A stretch of DNA of 61,115 nt, filler included. It is 4 parts of 4 records of this genome, joined end to end, with 100 filler letters (N's around TTAATTAATTAA, not from the genome) between each part and the next. Parts side by side here need not be neighbours in the genome. Positions count along the whole stretch, not along the records: positions 26,131 to 38,489 come from SRR20825019_2770; positions 38,590 to 44,816 come from SRR20825019_2781; 2 more parts are not named here. One strand, given 5' to 3'. Position numbers and translations under genes: made by a program. The notes beneath the pieces are model-generated. The model was not told the origin of the DNA, ran no database searches, and was given only the letters and a program-made list of their open reading frames with translations. The first letter of the stretch is position 1. Each line of letters begins with the position of its first letter. This document shows positions 28,877-38,862 of the stretch, in pieces.

Positions 28877-29875
28877 TTATACCGCCGCGAATTCGGCAAG
28901 CCCGGCCATGCCGGCCGGTGTCGGACGCTCCTGCAGATCGGCCCCGTAACGCCTTGAAACATCACGGATAAGGTTACGCACCCAGCAGTTCGCCGGGCTC
29001 TTGTGCGCCCGCTCGTGCCAGAGCAGATAAAGCCGCATATTTCCGAATTCGCGCGGCGCGCTGACCACGCGCAGGCCATAATCGGGATAGCGATCCACCA
29101 CAAATTCCGCGTAGGGCCGCGCCGTGGTGAAGATCAGGTCCGTGCGGGTGATCACAGGCGGCACCAGTGCGTATTCAGGCACCGAGAGCGCCACCCGGCG
29201 GTTGACGCCAAGCTGCTTGAGCCGCCCGCCGATCGGACTGAAAGCCGGACGAACGACGGAACCGAGCGACAGATGCGGCAAGGCCAGATAATCCTCCAGC
29301 GACATGCCCCCGGCTTTTGCGAAGGGATGATCGGCACGCATGATGCAGGCGGTCTCGCAATCGAAGATCGTGCTGGAACGCAGACTTTCATGCGGCGACG
29401 GCCAGTTGGCGACCAGCAGGTCGGAAGCGCCGGAACTGAGCTGTTCGGTCAGGTCATCGCTCTCGGCCGGCGCGAAGAAATCGATGGAGGCCATCGGCGC
29501 TTCATTGCGCAGCCGTTCGGCAATCGGCGGGATCAGGAACCCGTTAAAACAGCTCATCGCCGACACCCGCATGGCAAACGCCGTTGTGGCGGCGTCAAAC
29601 GCCTCTTCCGGGCTGATGGTTTCGCTGAGTTCGGCAAGAATGCGGCGAAGCGAGGCGCGCACCGCCTCACCGCGTTCGGTCACGGCCATGCCCTGCCCGC
29701 TCCTGACCAGAAGCGGATCGTCGAAAACATGGCGCGCGCGTTTCAAAACGGCGCTGACCGCGGGCTGGCTCTGACCGAGCTTTCCGGCAACGCGCGAGAC
29801 ATTCTGTTCGCTCAACAGAAGGAAGGTGGTGCGTAAAAATCGGACATCAATCGTCCCGTTCTGATCCGTGATCAT
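28877..29875 (-). CDS. LysR family transcriptional regulator (NodD/NahR-like)
   Basis: HTH NVSRVAGKLGQSQPAVSAVLKRAR...DPLLVR; substrate-binding domain with LLWHER. Confidence 0.92.
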   Translation of the reverse strand: MITDQNGTIDVRFLRTTFLLLSEQNVSRVAGKLGQSQPAVSAVLKRARHVFDDPLLVRSGQGMAVTERGEAVRASLRRILAELSETISPEEAFDAATTAFAMRVSAMSCFNGFLIPPIAERLRNEAPMASIDFFAPAESDDLTEQLSSGASDLLVANWPSPHESLRSSTIFDCETACIMRADHPFAKAGGMSLEDYLALPHLSLGSVVRPAFSPIGGRLKQLGVNRRVALSVPEYALVPPVITRTDLIFTTARPYAEFVVDRYPDYGLRVVSAPREFGNMRLYLLWHERAHKSPANCWVRNLIRDVSRRYGADLQERPTPAGMAGLAEFAAV

Positions 29876-29957
29876 GCAAAATGCCTTTCACAAGCACAAA
29901 ACGGCCTCCCGAGGTAGAACCATGCAATTCCTGTGCCGCGCGGCGACCCTCGGGAAT

Positions 29958-31199
29958 TCAACGTCCTTCGGGTGCGCGCAACAGCCGTGGCCGTGGCCGC
30001 TCGAATGTCTTCCTTCCGTTACGCCAGCCGCAAAGCGTCGGCGCGATGGTCGCCACCGCTTCCGCCGGCGTTTCGGCATCGAACAGCACCACATTGGCCG
30101 GCGCGCCCACCGCAATCGCCGAAGGACTGCGCCCCAGCAGCCGCTCGCCCTGGCCGCTGATCATGCCGTAGACGGTTTGCAGCGCCTCTGCCGTGCCAAG
30201 CTGGGCGATGTTGGCGTAGAGATTGGCCATCCGCATCAGCGAGGCATCGCCAAAGGGCGTGAACGGGTTGAGGATATTATTGGTCGAGAGCGTGGCAACG
30301 CCGCCTGCCGCAATCAGCCTGTGGCCCGGCGTCACGCCGCGCGGCACCAGATGGGTGAATTCCCGGCCGTTCAGATAGAGATCGGTCGCCGGAAGCACCG
30401 TCAGGGCGATACCGCTTTCGGCAAGCTCGGCGAGCGCTGCCGCGAACGCCTCGGGGGCAAGCGCTGAAAGCTTGGTCACATGCCCGACAGAGACACGGCC
30501 CTGATAGCAACGCTTCCGCGTCTCGGCGATAATCGTCGCCAGATTGGAGCCTTCCGGACGAAGATCGAAATCCACATGGAAATCGACATTGACGCCAAAG
30601 CGCTCGGCAAGATCGAAAATCCTGGCAATGTGAACGCCTGGATCGGCATCGGTATAGGGACAGCCGCCAACCTGATCGGCGCCGTTGGCCAGCGCCTCGG
30701 CCAGCATCTCCTCCGTGCCCGGGTCATTGGTCAGACCCTCCTGGGCGAAGGCGCAGATGATGATCTCGATGGCATCGCCATAGTCGCCCCGGATCGCCTT
30801 GATCGCCTCGAACGAGCGGAAGCCCGCGCGCGGATCGACCTCCACAAAAGTGCGCATCAGCGTGGTGCCGTGACCGATCGCCTGCTCGACCACTTTCGCG
30901 GCACGGGCGTAGACATCCTCCGCGGTAAATGCCGCCTTGGCCTTTGCCGTCTCGCGTACAGCCTCCGACAGCGTTCCCTCGCAAAGCGCGCAACGGCCGA
31001 TAATGCCGGCCTTGTCGAGATGGATATGGGTTTCAGTGAGACCCGCCGTCGCAAGCTTGCCGCCGGCATCGAAGACCGGCGCATCGCAGGTGATGCCGCT
31101 TGCGACCGCCGCGATCCGGCTTCCGGCAAAGGCGATATCGACGGGCGCGCTGCCATCGGCAAGGCGGGCATTGCGGATCAGAAAATCGATATCGGCCAT
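29958..31199 (-). CDS. Cytosine deaminase-like metal-dependent amidohydrolase
   Basis: ETHIHLDKA, GTTLMRT, AFAQEG, DFHVD, GHVT, NNILNPFTPFG; ATG at 31199. Confidence 0.9.
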   Translation of the reverse strand: MADIDFLIRNARLADGSAPVDIAFAGSRIAAVASGITCDAPVFDAGGKLATAGLTETHIHLDKAGIIGRCALCEGTLSEAVRETAKAKAAFTAEDVYARAAKVVEQAIGHGTTLMRTFVEVDPRAGFRSFEAIKAIRGDYGDAIEIIICAFAQEGLTNDPGTEEMLAEALANGADQVGGCPYTDADPGVHIARIFDLAERFGVNVDFHVDFDLRPEGSNLATIIAETRKRCYQGRVSVGHVTKLSALAPEAFAAALAELAESGIALTVLPATDLYLNGREFTHLVPRGVTPGHRLIAAGGVATLSTNNILNPFTPFGDASLMRMANLYANIAQLGTAEALQTVYGMISGQGERLLGRSPSAIAVGAPANVVLFDAETPAEAVATIAPTLCGWRNGRKTFERPRPRLLRAPEGR

Positions 31200-31203
31200 G
31201 GTG

Positions 31204-32394
31204 CTACACCAGACGCCCGGCTTCGGCGATCCTGCGCCCGGCCTTGAAAACGGTTCGGGCCAGCGGTCGCTCGGCAAGCGTCTCGGCAATACTGTCGCAG
31301 CCGACGAGGATGAAATCGGCCGGCGAACCGACCGCAAGCGGCTCCGCCCGGCCCAGCACGGCGCCCGAAGCGCGGGTCACCAGATCGAAGGCGCGCTCGA
31401 GATCGTCATCGGTGCGAAAATCCTGCCGGTCGCAGATAATGCCGGCGCGCTCGATCAGGTCGCCATTGCCGAAGGGCGACCAGGCATCGCGGATATTGTC
31501 GGAGCCCGCGAAGACCCGGACACCGGCTGCCTGAAGCCGCTTGACCGGCGGCATCGGCACGGGCCCCGGCCCGTTGGTCATGATCGAAACACCCGCGCGC
31601 GCCAGAAGCTCGGCCGTCCTGCCGAAATCCGCGTCATCCAGTTCACCAAGGCAGAAGGCATGGCTGACGGCAACCCGGCCCTGAAGCGAAAGCGCAATCG
31701 TGCGCTCGGCAATCTGGCGCAGTTCGAACGCACCGAGCGCGCCGCCATCGTGCAAATGCAGATCGACGCCGGCATTGTGCCGTTCGGCAACGGCAAAAAC
31801 CGCATCGAGATGACCGTCGACATCATCATCGATGCCGGCGGGGTCGAGCCCCCCGACAAGATCGGCGCCCGCAGCGACCGCCTCGTGCAACAGCGCCGCC
31901 GCGCCGGGATCGCGCATGATGCCGGATTGCGGAAAGGCGACGATCTCGATGTCTATCAGATGGCTGTGGCTTTCCTTCAGCAACAGCACCTGCTCCAGCC
32001 CCTTGAGCCCGATCTCGGTATCGATGTCGACATGGCTTCTGACCGCCACAGTGCCAAACGCCGCGATCTTTTCGATCAGCGCCCCGCCGCGCGCCGTCAC
32101 CGGAAGCGCCACCGTGCGGCGCAGCTCGCGCTCGGCGGCAATGCGTTTGGCGACCGTCTCGCCCGGAATATGCGGAATGAAGGGAAGGCCCACAAACGTC
32201 TTGTCGAGATGAACATGCCCGTCGACAAGGCCGGGCAGGATCATCCACCCCGCGCCGTCAAGCCGGTCGGCGCCGTCGGAAATGGCAATACCTGCGGCAG
32301 TGCCGAGGCCGGCCACGCGCCCGTCTTCGATCAGGAGCGTGACGCTTTCTCCCGCGGCATTGCGGATGTTCTCGACAACCAGACTTTCGGGCAA
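31204..32394 (-). CDS. Cytosine/pterin deaminase-like amidohydrolase
   Basis: DGHVHLDKT, RSHVD, AFPQSG, GGLDP, DLHLHD, SHAFCLG, GSDNIRDAWSPFG. Confidence 0.9.
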   Translation of the reverse strand: MPESLVVENIRNAAGESVTLLIEDGRVAGLGTAAGIAISDGADRLDGAGWMILPGLVDGHVHLDKTFVGLPFIPHIPGETVAKRIAAERELRRTVALPVTARGGALIEKIAAFGTVAVRSHVDIDTEIGLKGLEQVLLLKESHSHLIDIEIVAFPQSGIMRDPGAAALLHEAVAAGADLVGGLDPAGIDDDVDGHLDAVFAVAERHNAGVDLHLHDGGALGAFELRQIAERTIALSLQGRVAVSHAFCLGELDDADFGRTAELLARAGVSIMTNGPGPVPMPPVKRLQAAGVRVFAGSDNIRDAWSPFGNGDLIERAGIICDRQDFRTDDDLERAFDLVTRASGAVLGRAEPLAVGSPADFILVGCDSIAETLAERPLARTVFKAGRRIAEAGRLV

Positions 32395-32404
32395 CAGGCT
32401 TTCC

Positions 32405-33436
32405 TCAATCGATCAGGCGGAGACGGCGGGCGGCAGCGACGCGATAGAGCCGGTCCCCGCCCCAGGCTTTCTGCTCCTCCAGCGACGAGAAGGTCAAGCT
32501 GACATCGTGCTCGTCATAAGAGGCAATGGCAGCCGCCTTGATCTCCGGCCATTCGGGTGCGTCGCGTTCACGCATTTCCTGCACCTCATCTGCGGTCGGA
32601 AACACCGGAAAGCCGATCTTGGGAATGAGCGCCGCGATCACCTGCCAGAAGGCGCGGTAGAGCGGCTCCACCTTGTCCTCATCCACATGCGGCGCAGCAA
32701 GGCGCATCCAGTGCATGCCGGTCACCGCATGAAGGGCGGAAAAATCGAGCGTGAAGGCGAAGGCGACGAGCGAAACCTCGGTCATGCGCCGCACCGTGTT
32801 GTCGCGAAAGCGCAGCCTGTCGATCACCGGGGCAAAGCCCGGCAGCGCGCCGACGGCGCGGATATTGTGCCAGAGCAGGTCGGTCTCCGTCTCGTAATCG
32901 TGGATACCCTCGATATCGGCAACGCCGGCCAGCACGTCCGCCGGATCATCGGTATCGGCCTCAAACCGGCCGGGCCCCGGAAGCGGCAGATAGGTCGCCG
33001 CCCAGTAGCCAAGCGCATGACCAACCTCGCGGGCGTCATTCTTCAGCACGCCATAGGCAAGCCGCATCAGCGGATGGGTGGCGCTTGCCGCAATCGCCTG
33101 GATCATGGCCGGCAGGTAGGTGCGGATCGCCCGGTCAATACCGAGCCGTTGCACCTCGCCGACGAAGAAGCCGCGATAATCCGCCTCGCGCGCGCGGTCT
33201 CCGAGGGCGTCCTGCCAGTGTGCCGGATGGATCGGTGCGACCGGCTCCGGGATTGGCGGCACGGCATGGGCGTCGCGATAGTTTTCGTACCATTCGTCCA
33301 GCCGTTGCGGCGATGCCCCGAGACGATCAAGCGCAATCAGCACCATCGGCACGTGATTGGCGAGCAGATAGGGAAATTCGACGCTGCGTGTCTGGGCCTT
33401 TGCGAGAACGGCATCGAGTGTCAGCGGTGTGGTCAT
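32405..33436 (-). CDS. Questin oxidase family (DUF4243-like) protein
   Basis: LANHVPMVLIALDRLGA, ATHPLMRLAYG, DFSALHAVTGMH, DEHDVSL motifs; ATG at 33436 after RBS GGAGG. Confidence 0.75.
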   Translation of the reverse strand: MTTPLTLDAVLAKAQTRSVEFPYLLANHVPMVLIALDRLGASPQRLDEWYENYRDAHAVPPIPEPVAPIHPAHWQDALGDRAREADYRGFFVGEVQRLGIDRAIRTYLPAMIQAIAASATHPLMRLAYGVLKNDAREVGHALGYWAATYLPLPGPGRFEADTDDPADVLAGVADIEGIHDYETETDLLWHNIRAVGALPGFAPVIDRLRFRDNTVRRMTEVSLVAFAFTLDFSALHAVTGMHWMRLAAPHVDEDKVEPLYRAFWQVIAALIPKIGFPVFPTADEVQEMRERDAPEWPEIKAAAIASYDEHDVSLTFSSLEEQKAWGGDRLYRVAAARRLRLID

Positions 33437-33453
33437 GGTGTCCTCCCCGGCCC

Positions 33454-34908
33454 TCAGGCCGAGATCTTGTCGCGCGGATTGAAATGCTGTTCGCGGTAGT
33501 TCGCAAGCTCTTCCTGAAAATGCGCGGCATCCTCCAGAAAGAACGCCCGCGTCATGCCGTCGGCGATGCGGGCAATGCCGTATTTGACCCCGGTGATGCC
33601 GTTGCTGACCGGCCCGAGGCTCGGCACGGCGCCGCCATTGAACATGTGGATGCGCGAAACCCACTGATCCTTCACCGCGTCCATCGGCGTCAATTCGAAT
33701 GTGCGCCCAAGATAAGGCGCCTGCAAGACCGTCTGGCAATCCGCGCCTTCGGGCGGGGCATAACGGTCCCGCCAGTGGGCAAAGCGCCCCTCAAGACTGG
33801 CAAGCTCCGACCGCATGGAAAAATCGACGCCATAACCGGTTCCGAGCAGAATATGATCGGCATGGATTGTGCCGTTTTTGGTCTCCGCGCGAATGCGGCC
33901 GCCCTCGATGGCGAGCGATGTCACCCCGCTGCCGAACTCCATGACGAAATTGGCATAGGATGTGGCACGATCATACTGATCCTGCGTCGGCGGCACCTTG
34001 AGATCATAGTAATGGCACGAGAACCGCCATTTTTCATCATCCGGCAGTTCTGCGAAACTGCCGAGATAGCCCGGAAAATTGGTCCAGGCCAGCGCCTCGG
34101 TGCAGGCCAGTCCTTTGGCGCGGGCCACCATGGTGACCCGGTGTGCACCCGCCTCCAACGCTGTCACCGCCCAGTCGAAGCTGGATGTGGCCGAGCCGAG
34201 AACGATGACATCCTTGCCGTTCAGATGGCTGTCATCGGCCACTTCGGCACTGTGGGTCCAGAAACTCTTCGGCAAGGCGCGGACATTCTCCGGCACATAA
34301 GGCCCGCCGCAACCATCCATGCCGTTTGCCATGATCAGCCGGCGGCAGGTGATTTCGCGGGGCAGAACTGCGGCGCCGAAGATCGTCAGCCGAACACCGT
34401 TTTCCGCCTCGGCGACAGCCTCCAGCCGCGTCTCGTTATGGACCGTGACGCCGCTCGCCTTGCGGAACCAGAGCATGTAGCGCATCCAGTCCTCGCGGCC
34501 GATCTTCTCCAGCCCCGCGAAGCTCTCGGCACCATGGACCGTTTCATACCAGGCGCGCGGGCTGAGGCTCGGAATGCCGAAATCGGGACCGGCCAGCGTT
34601 TTCGGCGACCGCAGCGTTTTCATCCGCGCCGATGTGATCCACGGCCCCTCGCGCCCGGCCTCGGCCTGGTCGATCACGAGGACGCCTTCAATCCCGCGGC
34701 GGTGCAGGGCAAAGGCGGCAGACAGCCCGTTCAGCCCGCCGCCAACGATCACGACATTATAGTGGGCCTCATCCTCCGGCTTTTTCAGCCAGACCGGCGC
34801 TTCGGCCTCGATACACGCCATCTCCCAGGCCGCGCGCGCGGCAAGTTGTTCGAGTCGATGCTCGACACCGCCGGAAAACGACGGCTGGTTGGGAGTGAGG
34901 CGCTGCAT
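33454..34908 (-). CDS. FAD/NAD(P)-dependent monooxygenase, HpyO (urate hydroxylase)-like
   Basis: VVIVGGGLNG, GREGPWITSARMKTLRSPK, second Rossmann VLGSATSSFD, LGTGY. Confidence 0.8.
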   Translation of the reverse strand: MQRLTPNQPSFSGGVEHRLEQLAARAAWEMACIEAEAPVWLKKPEDEAHYNVVIVGGGLNGLSAAFALHRRGIEGVLVIDQAEAGREGPWITSARMKTLRSPKTLAGPDFGIPSLSPRAWYETVHGAESFAGLEKIGREDWMRYMLWFRKASGVTVHNETRLEAVAEAENGVRLTIFGAAVLPREITCRRLIMANGMDGCGGPYVPENVRALPKSFWTHSAEVADDSHLNGKDVIVLGSATSSFDWAVTALEAGAHRVTMVARAKGLACTEALAWTNFPGYLGSFAELPDDEKWRFSCHYYDLKVPPTQDQYDRATSYANFVMEFGSGVTSLAIEGGRIRAETKNGTIHADHILLGTGYGVDFSMRSELASLEGRFAHWRDRYAPPEGADCQTVLQAPYLGRTFELTPMDAVKDQWVSRIHMFNGGAVPSLGPVSNGITGVKYGIARIADGMTRAFFLEDAAHFQEELANYREQHFNPRDKISA

Positions 34909-35116
34909 TTTGGTTCCCGATCAGGCGTTTGCTCAAATTTCAGGCAAAACCGGTCGCTTTTGTCTGAAATTTGGGCGATTATGTTCTATTTTGTGATTTT
35001 TTACTTGAATTGTTTTTTTGTCAAGTGCGCTTGAGTGCGTTTTTGTTTGATGTATAGTGCTTATCGATCATGACATTTCCGAGAACAACTGATGCATGAT
35101 ATAAAGGGGAACAGAA

Positions 35117-36397
35117 ATGAAAAACGCAAACGCCGCAAAATATGCGACAGCCGGGCTGCTGGCCTGCCTGATGGGCTCAACGGCCCTTGCTCAGGACAAG
35201 CCTTTTTCCGGCATCACGCTCACCATCGCATCGCAGAACGACCAGTTCGCTCCGGTGATCGCCGAGCTGGCACCGAAATTCGAGGCGGAAACGGGCGCAA
35301 CCGTCAAGGTCGATATCCTCGATTACGGCTCGCTTCTGACCAAGACCACCGCCGATTACATCGGTGACACCGAAGGCTATGACATCGTCACCATGGACAT
35401 CGTCTGGGCCGGTGAATATGCCGAGAACGGCTATTCGGTCGAGCTTTCCGAGTTGATCGAACGCGATGCCGACGAAATCGACGTCGATGATATCTATCCC
35501 AATCTGATGATGGGACTCGGCAATTACGAAGGCCAGCAGGTCGCCTTCCCGTTTGCCGGCTATGCCAATGTTCTGGCCTACAACAAAACCCGCCTCGACG
35601 AGGCCGGCCTTGCAGCGCCGACGACGATGGAAGAGTTCGTGACCGCCGCCGAAACGCTGACCGACCCTGATGCAGGCCTCTACGGCTTCGTCGCCAACGG
35701 CCAGAAGGGCCCCGCCAGCGCCCAGGACTGGATGCAGTATAACAGCGAAATGGGCGGCGCGATCATGGGCGAGGATGGCATGCCGACGCTCAATTCCGAA
35801 GCCAATGTCGAAAGCCTGAAGGTCTATCGCGACCTGTTTCGCAAAACGGCCCCTCCCGGTGCTGCCGGCTATGACTGGGGCGGGCGCGAGGAAAGCTTCC
35901 GCCAGGGCGTTGCGGCCATGATGCAGACCTGGTCGGTCGGCGCGCCCGGCTACTACAATCCGGAAATATCCAAGGTCGTTGACGATGTCGCCATCACCAC
36001 CGCGCCGCATTCTGGCGACATGGCGCCGAGCTACGGCATTGGCGGCTGGGGCCTGGCGATCAATGCCGATGTCTCGCCGGAACAGCAGGACGCCGCCTGG
36101 GCCTTCATCAAATGGCTGAACAGTCCTGAAATCCATAAGGAATTCAACCTTATGGGGGCCGGTAGCTTCCTGCGCAAGAGCGAGATGACCGACCCGGATC
36201 TGCTGGCGAAATTCCCGTTCCTGCCGGTGCTTGCCGAGACCTTCGAGAACGGCGATTATGATTATCGTCCGCGCATTCCGGAATATCCGCAGATCCAGGA
36301 TTTCCTGGGCACGGCGGTCAATTCCGTACTGGTCGGCGATGCCGATCCGAAGGAAGCGCTGGATACAGCCCAGGCACAGGCCGAAGATCTGTTCTGA
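35117..36397 (+). CDS. Sugar-type (CUT1) ABC transporter substrate-binding protein
   Basis: Signal peptide; FEAETGATVKV, YDIVTMD, GGWGLAIN, AWAFIKWL. Confidence 0.92.
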   Translation: MKNANAAKYATAGLLACLMGSTALAQDKPFSGITLTIASQNDQFAPVIAELAPKFEAETGATVKVDILDYGSLLTKTTADYIGDTEGYDIVTMDIVWAGEYAENGYSVELSELIERDADEIDVDDIYPNLMMGLGNYEGQQVAFPFAGYANVLAYNKTRLDEAGLAAPTTMEEFVTAAETLTDPDAGLYGFVANGQKGPASAQDWMQYNSEMGGAIMGEDGMPTLNSEANVESLKVYRDLFRKTAPPGAAGYDWGGREESFRQGVAAMMQTWSVGAPGYYNPEISKVVDDVAITTAPHSGDMAPSYGIGGWGLAINADVSPEQQDAAWAFIKWLNSPEIHKEFNLMGAGSFLRKSEMTDPDLLAKFPFLPVLAETFENGDYDYRPRIPEYPQIQDFLGTAVNSVLVGDADPKEALDTAQAQAEDLF

Positions 36398-36481
36398 GAA
36401 CTGTGCTGAAATCTGCGGACCGCGCGTTTTGATGCCGCGCGGTCCGGCTATTGCATGTGTCCTGGAATCGAGGTTACGCGC

Positions 36482-37426
36482 GTGAGTGCGATCGCAGATC
36501 ATCTGCCCGCCGGGCTGATCGAACCCAGGGGAATGCCCTTTGCCACAAGGCGAAAGGTGTTTCTCGTGGCCATGGCCGTGCCGGTCGTCGCCTATGTGCT
36601 GGTTGTCGGCATCTGGCCGCTGGCGCAAGGCATCTGGTACAGCCTTTACGACTACAATCTGATCCGCCCGCAGCGGACCAAATTCGCAGGCCTCGACAAT
36701 TATATCGAGATCATCACCGATCCGGTCAGCCGGCAGGCCCTGATAAACACCGCAATCTTCACTGTCGGCGCGGTGTTTTTTGAACTTCTGCTTGGCTTTG
36801 CGCTGGCCTTGGCGCTCTGGCGCGACGACCGGTTCAACCGGCTTGCGCTGGCGCTGATCCTGATCCCCGTGACCATCACGCCGCTGGTTGTCGGTCTGAT
36901 CTTCAAGGGGCTTCTGGCCGCAGACTACGGCATGATCGGCTACTTCCTCGCCCAATGGGGCCTGACCGATCCGCGCGGCCTGTTGGCCGACCAGCACGCA
37001 GCCCTCGCAACGCTGATTTTCATAGACGTCTGGGAGTGGACCCCGCTGGTGGCCCTGATCCTGCTGGCGGGCCTGAAGGCGCTGCCCTCCGATATCCTCG
37101 AAGCTGCCTCCGTCGATGGCGCGACAGGCGTGCAGAAGCTCAGGATCATCGTGATCCCGCTGATGCTGCCGGCGGTTCTGCTGGCGCTGATCCTGCGCAC
37201 CGTCGATGCCTTCCGGGTGTTCGACACGGTCTATGTGGCAACCGGCGGCGGGCCGGGCAATGCCACCAACACGCTGATGCTGCATGCGGTCAAACAGGGG
37301 CTCGAATTCTTCAATATCGGCCGGGCTTCTGCCATCGCAAACCTCACCCTGCTGATCATTGCCCTGATTGCCGCGGGCTTTGCGATGATGATCCGCCATG
37401 CCGACAGGAAAGCCAACGGAAAATGA
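36482..37426 (+). CDS. Sugar ABC transporter permease
   Basis: FAGLDNY, DVWEWTP, EAA loop EAASVDGA, TGGGPGNAT. Confidence 0.92.
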   Translation: MSAIADHLPAGLIEPRGMPFATRRKVFLVAMAVPVVAYVLVVGIWPLAQGIWYSLYDYNLIRPQRTKFAGLDNYIEIITDPVSRQALINTAIFTVGAVFFELLLGFALALALWRDDRFNRLALALILIPVTITPLVVGLIFKGLLAADYGMIGYFLAQWGLTDPRGLLADQHAALATLIFIDVWEWTPLVALILLAGLKALPSDILEAASVDGATGVQKLRIIVIPLMLPAVLLALILRTVDAFRVFDTVYVATGGGPGNATNTLMLHAVKQGLEFFNIGRASAIANLTLLIIALIAAGFAMMIRHADRKANGK

Positions 37427-38241
37427 ACACACGGTACTGGGCTCACGCAGGCCGCCGCGCCTTCCTCCTCGTCATGCTGGTGTTTTTTCTGGCGCCGTTC
37501 CTGTGGCTGGCAACCACCGCTTACAAGCCTTCAAGCGCAATCTTCTCGATACCGCCGACATTCACTTTCTCGCCAACGCTTGACCAGTTCCGCACGATCT
37601 TCCGGTTGTTCGATGTCTGGAGCCTGCTGCGCTCCAGCGTGCTGATAGCCACAGGCTCCGTCATCCTGTCGCTGGCGCTCGGCGTTCCGGCGGGCTATGC
37701 GCTGGCGCGCTCGAAAAGCCGCTATGCCATGGGCATCGCCTATTTCCTGATGGCGATCCGGATGATCCCTTCGGTCGCAGCGCTCATTCCATTTTACCTG
37801 ATGATGCGCGATATCGGGCTTCTGGGAAGCTGGATGTCGGTGGTGCTGATCAACTCGATGCTGAACGCGGCCTTCGTCACCTGGCTGATGTTTTCCTACT
37901 TTCGCGGCCTGCCGCCGGAGCTTGAGGAAGCAGCGCTCACGGATGGCTGCACCCAGTTCGGCGCTTTCTTCAAGGTGGCGCTGCCTGCCGTCATGGCCGG
38001 GATCGTCGCCTGCGTGCTGTTCTGCCTGATGTTTTCCTGGAACGATTTCCTCTACCCGATGTTCCTGACCCGGCTGGACTCGAAACCGCTCTCCGTGGCG
38101 CTGCTGTCGGCCTATGGCACCAAGGACATCACCTGGGGCACGCTCGGCGCGCTGGCGCACTTCTCCACCATCCCGATCGTGGTCGTGATCCTGTTTCTGA
38201 ACCGCTATTTCGTGCAGGGGCTGACCAAGGGGATCCATTGA
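37423..38241 (+). CDS. Sugar ABC transporter permease
   Basis: ATGA overlap with upstream permease; ELEEAALTDGC, FSWNDF, RYFVQGL. Confidence 0.92.
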   Translation: MNTRYWAHAGRRAFLLVMLVFFLAPFLWLATTAYKPSSAIFSIPPTFTFSPTLDQFRTIFRLFDVWSLLRSSVLIATGSVILSLALGVPAGYALARSKSRYAMGIAYFLMAIRMIPSVAALIPFYLMMRDIGLLGSWMSVVLINSMLNAAFVTWLMFSYFRGLPPELEEAALTDGCTQFGAFFKVALPAVMAGIVACVLFCLMFSWNDFLYPMFLTRLDSKPLSVALLSAYGTKDITWGTLGALAHFSTIPIVVVILFLNRYFVQGLTKGIH

Positions 38242-38346
38242 GCAATGCGTACGAAGGCTGGCCGAATTGCGAAAGGCGGCCGGCCTTCTTATGCCAACGG
38301 TCATTGAAAATGATTCAGTTTGTTGACAAATCTGTCCCTCTCTCCG

Positions 38347-38377
38347 CCGTCATGCTCGGGCCTGTCCCGAGTATCCA
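38347..38377. repeat. REP/RIME-like palindromic element
   Basis: CCGTCATGCTCGGG-CCTGT-CCCGAGTATCCA resembles Rhizobiales intergenic palindromes; only one copy in the window. Confidence 0.5.
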
Positions 38378-38489
38378 AGCACGTATCAACGCGACAAGCG
38401 TATCGGACGAGAAGTCAGTTCAAATACAATGCTTTACGGGCCCTTGCGAAACGCCAACACCGCTTGTGCGGGACCGTGGTTAGATCCTC

Positions 38490-38589
38490 NNNNNNNNNNN
38501 NNNNNNNNNNNNNNNNNNNNNNNNNNNNNNNNNTTAATTAATTAANNNNNNNNNNNNNNNNNNNNNNNNNNNNNNNNNNNNNNNNNNNN
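38490..38589. other. Artificial contig-joining spacer
   Basis: N44-TTAATTAATTAA-N44. Confidence 0.98.
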
Positions 38590-38668
38590 CATCAACGAAG
38601 TCCGCGGCATCAACCGCGTGGTTTACGACGTGACGTCCAAGCCGCCGGGCACGATTGAGTGGGAGTAG
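38590..38668 (+). CDS. guaA: GMP synthase, C-terminal fragment
   Basis: Reads INEVRGINRVVYDVTSKPPGTIEWE*, the conserved GuaA C-terminus; not in the ORF track. Confidence 0.95.
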
Positions 38669-38691
38669 CCACCGGCCGCGCAAAGCGCCGC

Positions 38692-38716
38692 AAAATCGGT
38701 CCAGTGGACTGATCTT
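38692..38716. repeat. Short intergenic palindrome (REP-like)
   Basis: AAAATCGGTCCA-G-TGGACTGATCTT imperfect inverted repeat just after guaA. Confidence 0.45.
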
Positions 38717-38862
38717 AGGGGCGACCGCCTGAGCGCTATGCTTGAAGGCCAGCCGCTCGCTTTCTGCCATGTCGGCGCGTGACCACCAAAAGTCGTTCTG
38801 CGCCCGCCGTCATACACATTCGCTCGGATCAAAGATCCGGGCGCAGCTATTTGTTGGGACCC

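Noticed and set aside
26194-38304. Long alternative-frame ORFs (e.g. 33085-35034 +, 35177-37432 -, 30937-32502 +)
   Set aside because: They are antisense or overlapping shadows of well-supported genes in high-GC DNA and contain no recognisable motifs.
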